Source of the DNA: Dehalococcoidia bacterium
GTDB taxonomy: Bacteria > Chloroflexota > Dehalococcoidia > Bin125
Assembly (NCBI GenBank): GCA_965221065.1
Contig: OZ244861.1
Coordinates: 2,062,984-2,126,983 of the forward strand
Direction: 5' to 3'
Length of the DNA: 64,000 nt
Below, one piece after another: positions 62,867 to 64,000 of the stretch. The position numbers and the translations under genes were made by a program. Below the pieces are notes generated by a model. That model saw only the letters and a list, made by a program, of their open reading frames with translations. It had not been told where the DNA came from and made no database searches. Each line of letters begins with the position of its first letter. Position 1 is the first letter of the stretch.

Positions 62867-63267
62867 GCGGAGCGGCCAACGGGGGTTGAGTCGGAATAGT
62901 TCGCCAGCGCCTTCTTCAGCGCCGCTGCGGCGAGCACTGAGCAATGGACTTTCGCCTTGGGCAAGCCGCCAACCGCATCGACAAAGTCCTGCCGCTTGAG
63001 TTGCGCCGCCTCTTCGACCGGCATCCCTGTGAGCACCACAGTCGCCATGCTGCTGGTCGCGATCGCGGCGGGACAGCCGCGAGTCTGGAAGCGGGCTTCG
63101 GCGATCGCATCGTTCTCAATCCGAAGCATCAGCTTCATGTGGTCGCCGCAGACCGGGTTGCGATCTTCACCGACAGCGTTGGCGTCGCTGAGCTCACCGG
63201 CGTTGCGCGGGTGTTGGAAGTGGTCCACAACAATGTCGCTGTAGGCGTGCAGGTCTGCGATTGGCAT
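62863..63267 (-). CDS. IscU/NifU-like Fe-S cluster assembly scaffold protein
   Basis: NPVCGDHMKLMLRIE...RFQTRGCPAAIATSSMATVVLTGM...KVHCSVLAAAALKKALANY: the three conserved Cys of U-type scaffolds. Confidence 0.75.
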   Translation of the reverse strand: MPIADLHAYSDIVVDHFQHPRNAGELSDANAVGEDRNPVCGDHMKLMLRIENDAIAEARFQTRGCPAAIATSSMATVVLTGMPVEEAAQLKRQDFVDAVGGLPKAKVHCSVLAAAALKKALANYSDSTPVGRSA

Positions 63268-63276
63268 GGACTCAGT

Positions 63277-64000
63277 CTAATCAGGCGGGCGACCAGGACT
63301 GCTCTGAGCCAGGTCGATCAGCAGCCTCGCGATGACGCGCAATGAACGGCTTCGATCGTTCGGATTGAACCACTCGCGCACGCTGTGCTGATTGTCGGAG
63401 CTGCCGCCCCAGCTCATCGCGATGCCCGGAACGCCGGCCGCGATGGCAGCGTTGGCGTCGGTCGAAGCGGCGATCAGGCGCGGGTGAAACGTCTCAGCCT
63501 CCAGCGCGCGAACAGCAGCCTGGACAAGATCGGACTCAATCGGCGTAACCCCGGCCGGCCGATCGCCGATCTGGGTGACGAGCGGTTCCTCGGCGCCTGC
63601 CCTACGGCGTCGCAGCTCCTTCTGGTGGCCGAAACGGATGATCTCCCGCAAGTCGCTGTCGAGTTGCTCGAGTTGCGAGTGAGACTCGCTGCGCAGATCG
63701 ATGTCCATCTGCGCGAGCTCGGGTATGGCGTTGACCGTCTCTCCGCCCCGAACCACGCCGACGTTATACGTCGTGCGCGGACTGCGCGGAGTGCGGATGT
63801 CACCCAGACGATCAGCGGCTGCGGCGAGCGCGAAGGCAGGGTTGTACCGACCAAAATGAGCCCAGCTATGACCGCCGCTGCTGCGGTACTGCACGTTGTA
63901 GCGGCGTGACCCGATGCCGCGATGTACGATCGCCGCGGGGTCCGAGTGGTCGATGGTGATGAAGGCTCGTGCCGAACGGCCCAACTCGGAGTCGAAGAAG
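63277..64000 (-). CDS. M20-family metallopeptidase/deacylase (ArgE/DapE-like), C-terminal part; 5' end beyond window
   Basis: M20 dimerisation-domain blocks (...YNVGVVRGGETVNAIPE...DIDLRSES...) and C-terminal catalytic-domain segment; ORF runs off the window edge. Confidence 0.55.
   Translation of the reverse strand, partial: FFDSELGRSARAFITIDHSDPAAIVHRGIGSRRYNVQYRSSGGHSWAHFGRYNPAFALAAAADRLGDIRTPRSPRTTYNVGVVRGGETVNAIPELAQMDIDLRSESHSQLEQLDSDLREIIRFGHQKELRRRRAGAEEPLVTQIGDRPAGVTPIESDLVQAAVRALEAETFHPRLIAASTDANAAIAAGVPGIAMSWGGSSDNQHSVREWFNPNDRSRSLRVIARLLIDLAQSSPGRPPD

Overview
High-GC (~68%) bacterial chromosomal window of densely packed core genes; no transposases, integrases or CRISPR arrays are visible. 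Layout: (1) 1-9382 (+) is a tightly coupled run rpsF-ssb-rpsR-hom-[coiled-coil protein]-thrC-folE-[CelD/FemAB-like GNAT]-[MshA-like GT4]-[MshB-like PIG-L deacetylase]-ccsA, with 4-26-nt start/stop overlaps at most junctions. (2) 9639-31867 (+) is a fully contiguous str-S10-spc-alpha-truA-rplM-rpsI ribosomal super-operon of about 36 genes (rpsL to rpsI, including fusA, tuf, secY, adk, map, infA, rpoA). (3) 31938-37714 (-) is a SAM-cycle and purine-salvage operon: apt-mtnP-PfkB kinase-GNAT-ahcY-metK. (4) 37810-44759 holds assorted housekeeping genes (methyltransferase, lipoprotein, plsX, trxA, LLM oxidoreductase, serine hydrolase, SPL-like radical SAM). (5) 44760-51557 is an accessory-looking block: a D-aminoacylase flanked by a family of GC-rich hairpin repeats and a C-rich/G4 tract, a small ORF bracketed by repeats, tandem gluconolactonase-like paralogs and a carboxylesterase. 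(6) 51609-61548 holds nth, a GGR-like flavoprotein, an acyl-CoA dehydrogenase, then a hopanoid side-chain cluster (hpnG-hpnA-two tandem SDRs-DinB-like on minus, with hpnH nearby). (7) 61657-64000 holds MocA-like, an orphan CoxM-like flavoprotein-like gene, IscU-like, and a partial M20 peptidase. Most worth a second look: a ~145-aa insertion in the SecY periplasmic loop; a compact MshA/MshB/FemAB-like thiol-glycoside cassette without MshC; a coiled-coil protein embedded in hom-thrC; S18 with a long tandem-repeat tail and no adjacent L9; the hopanoid cluster's tandem SDRs as candidates for the missing ribosylhopane reductase; and the hairpin-repeat family. All calls are from reading the sequence and the ORF translations by eye. 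No database searches were run.
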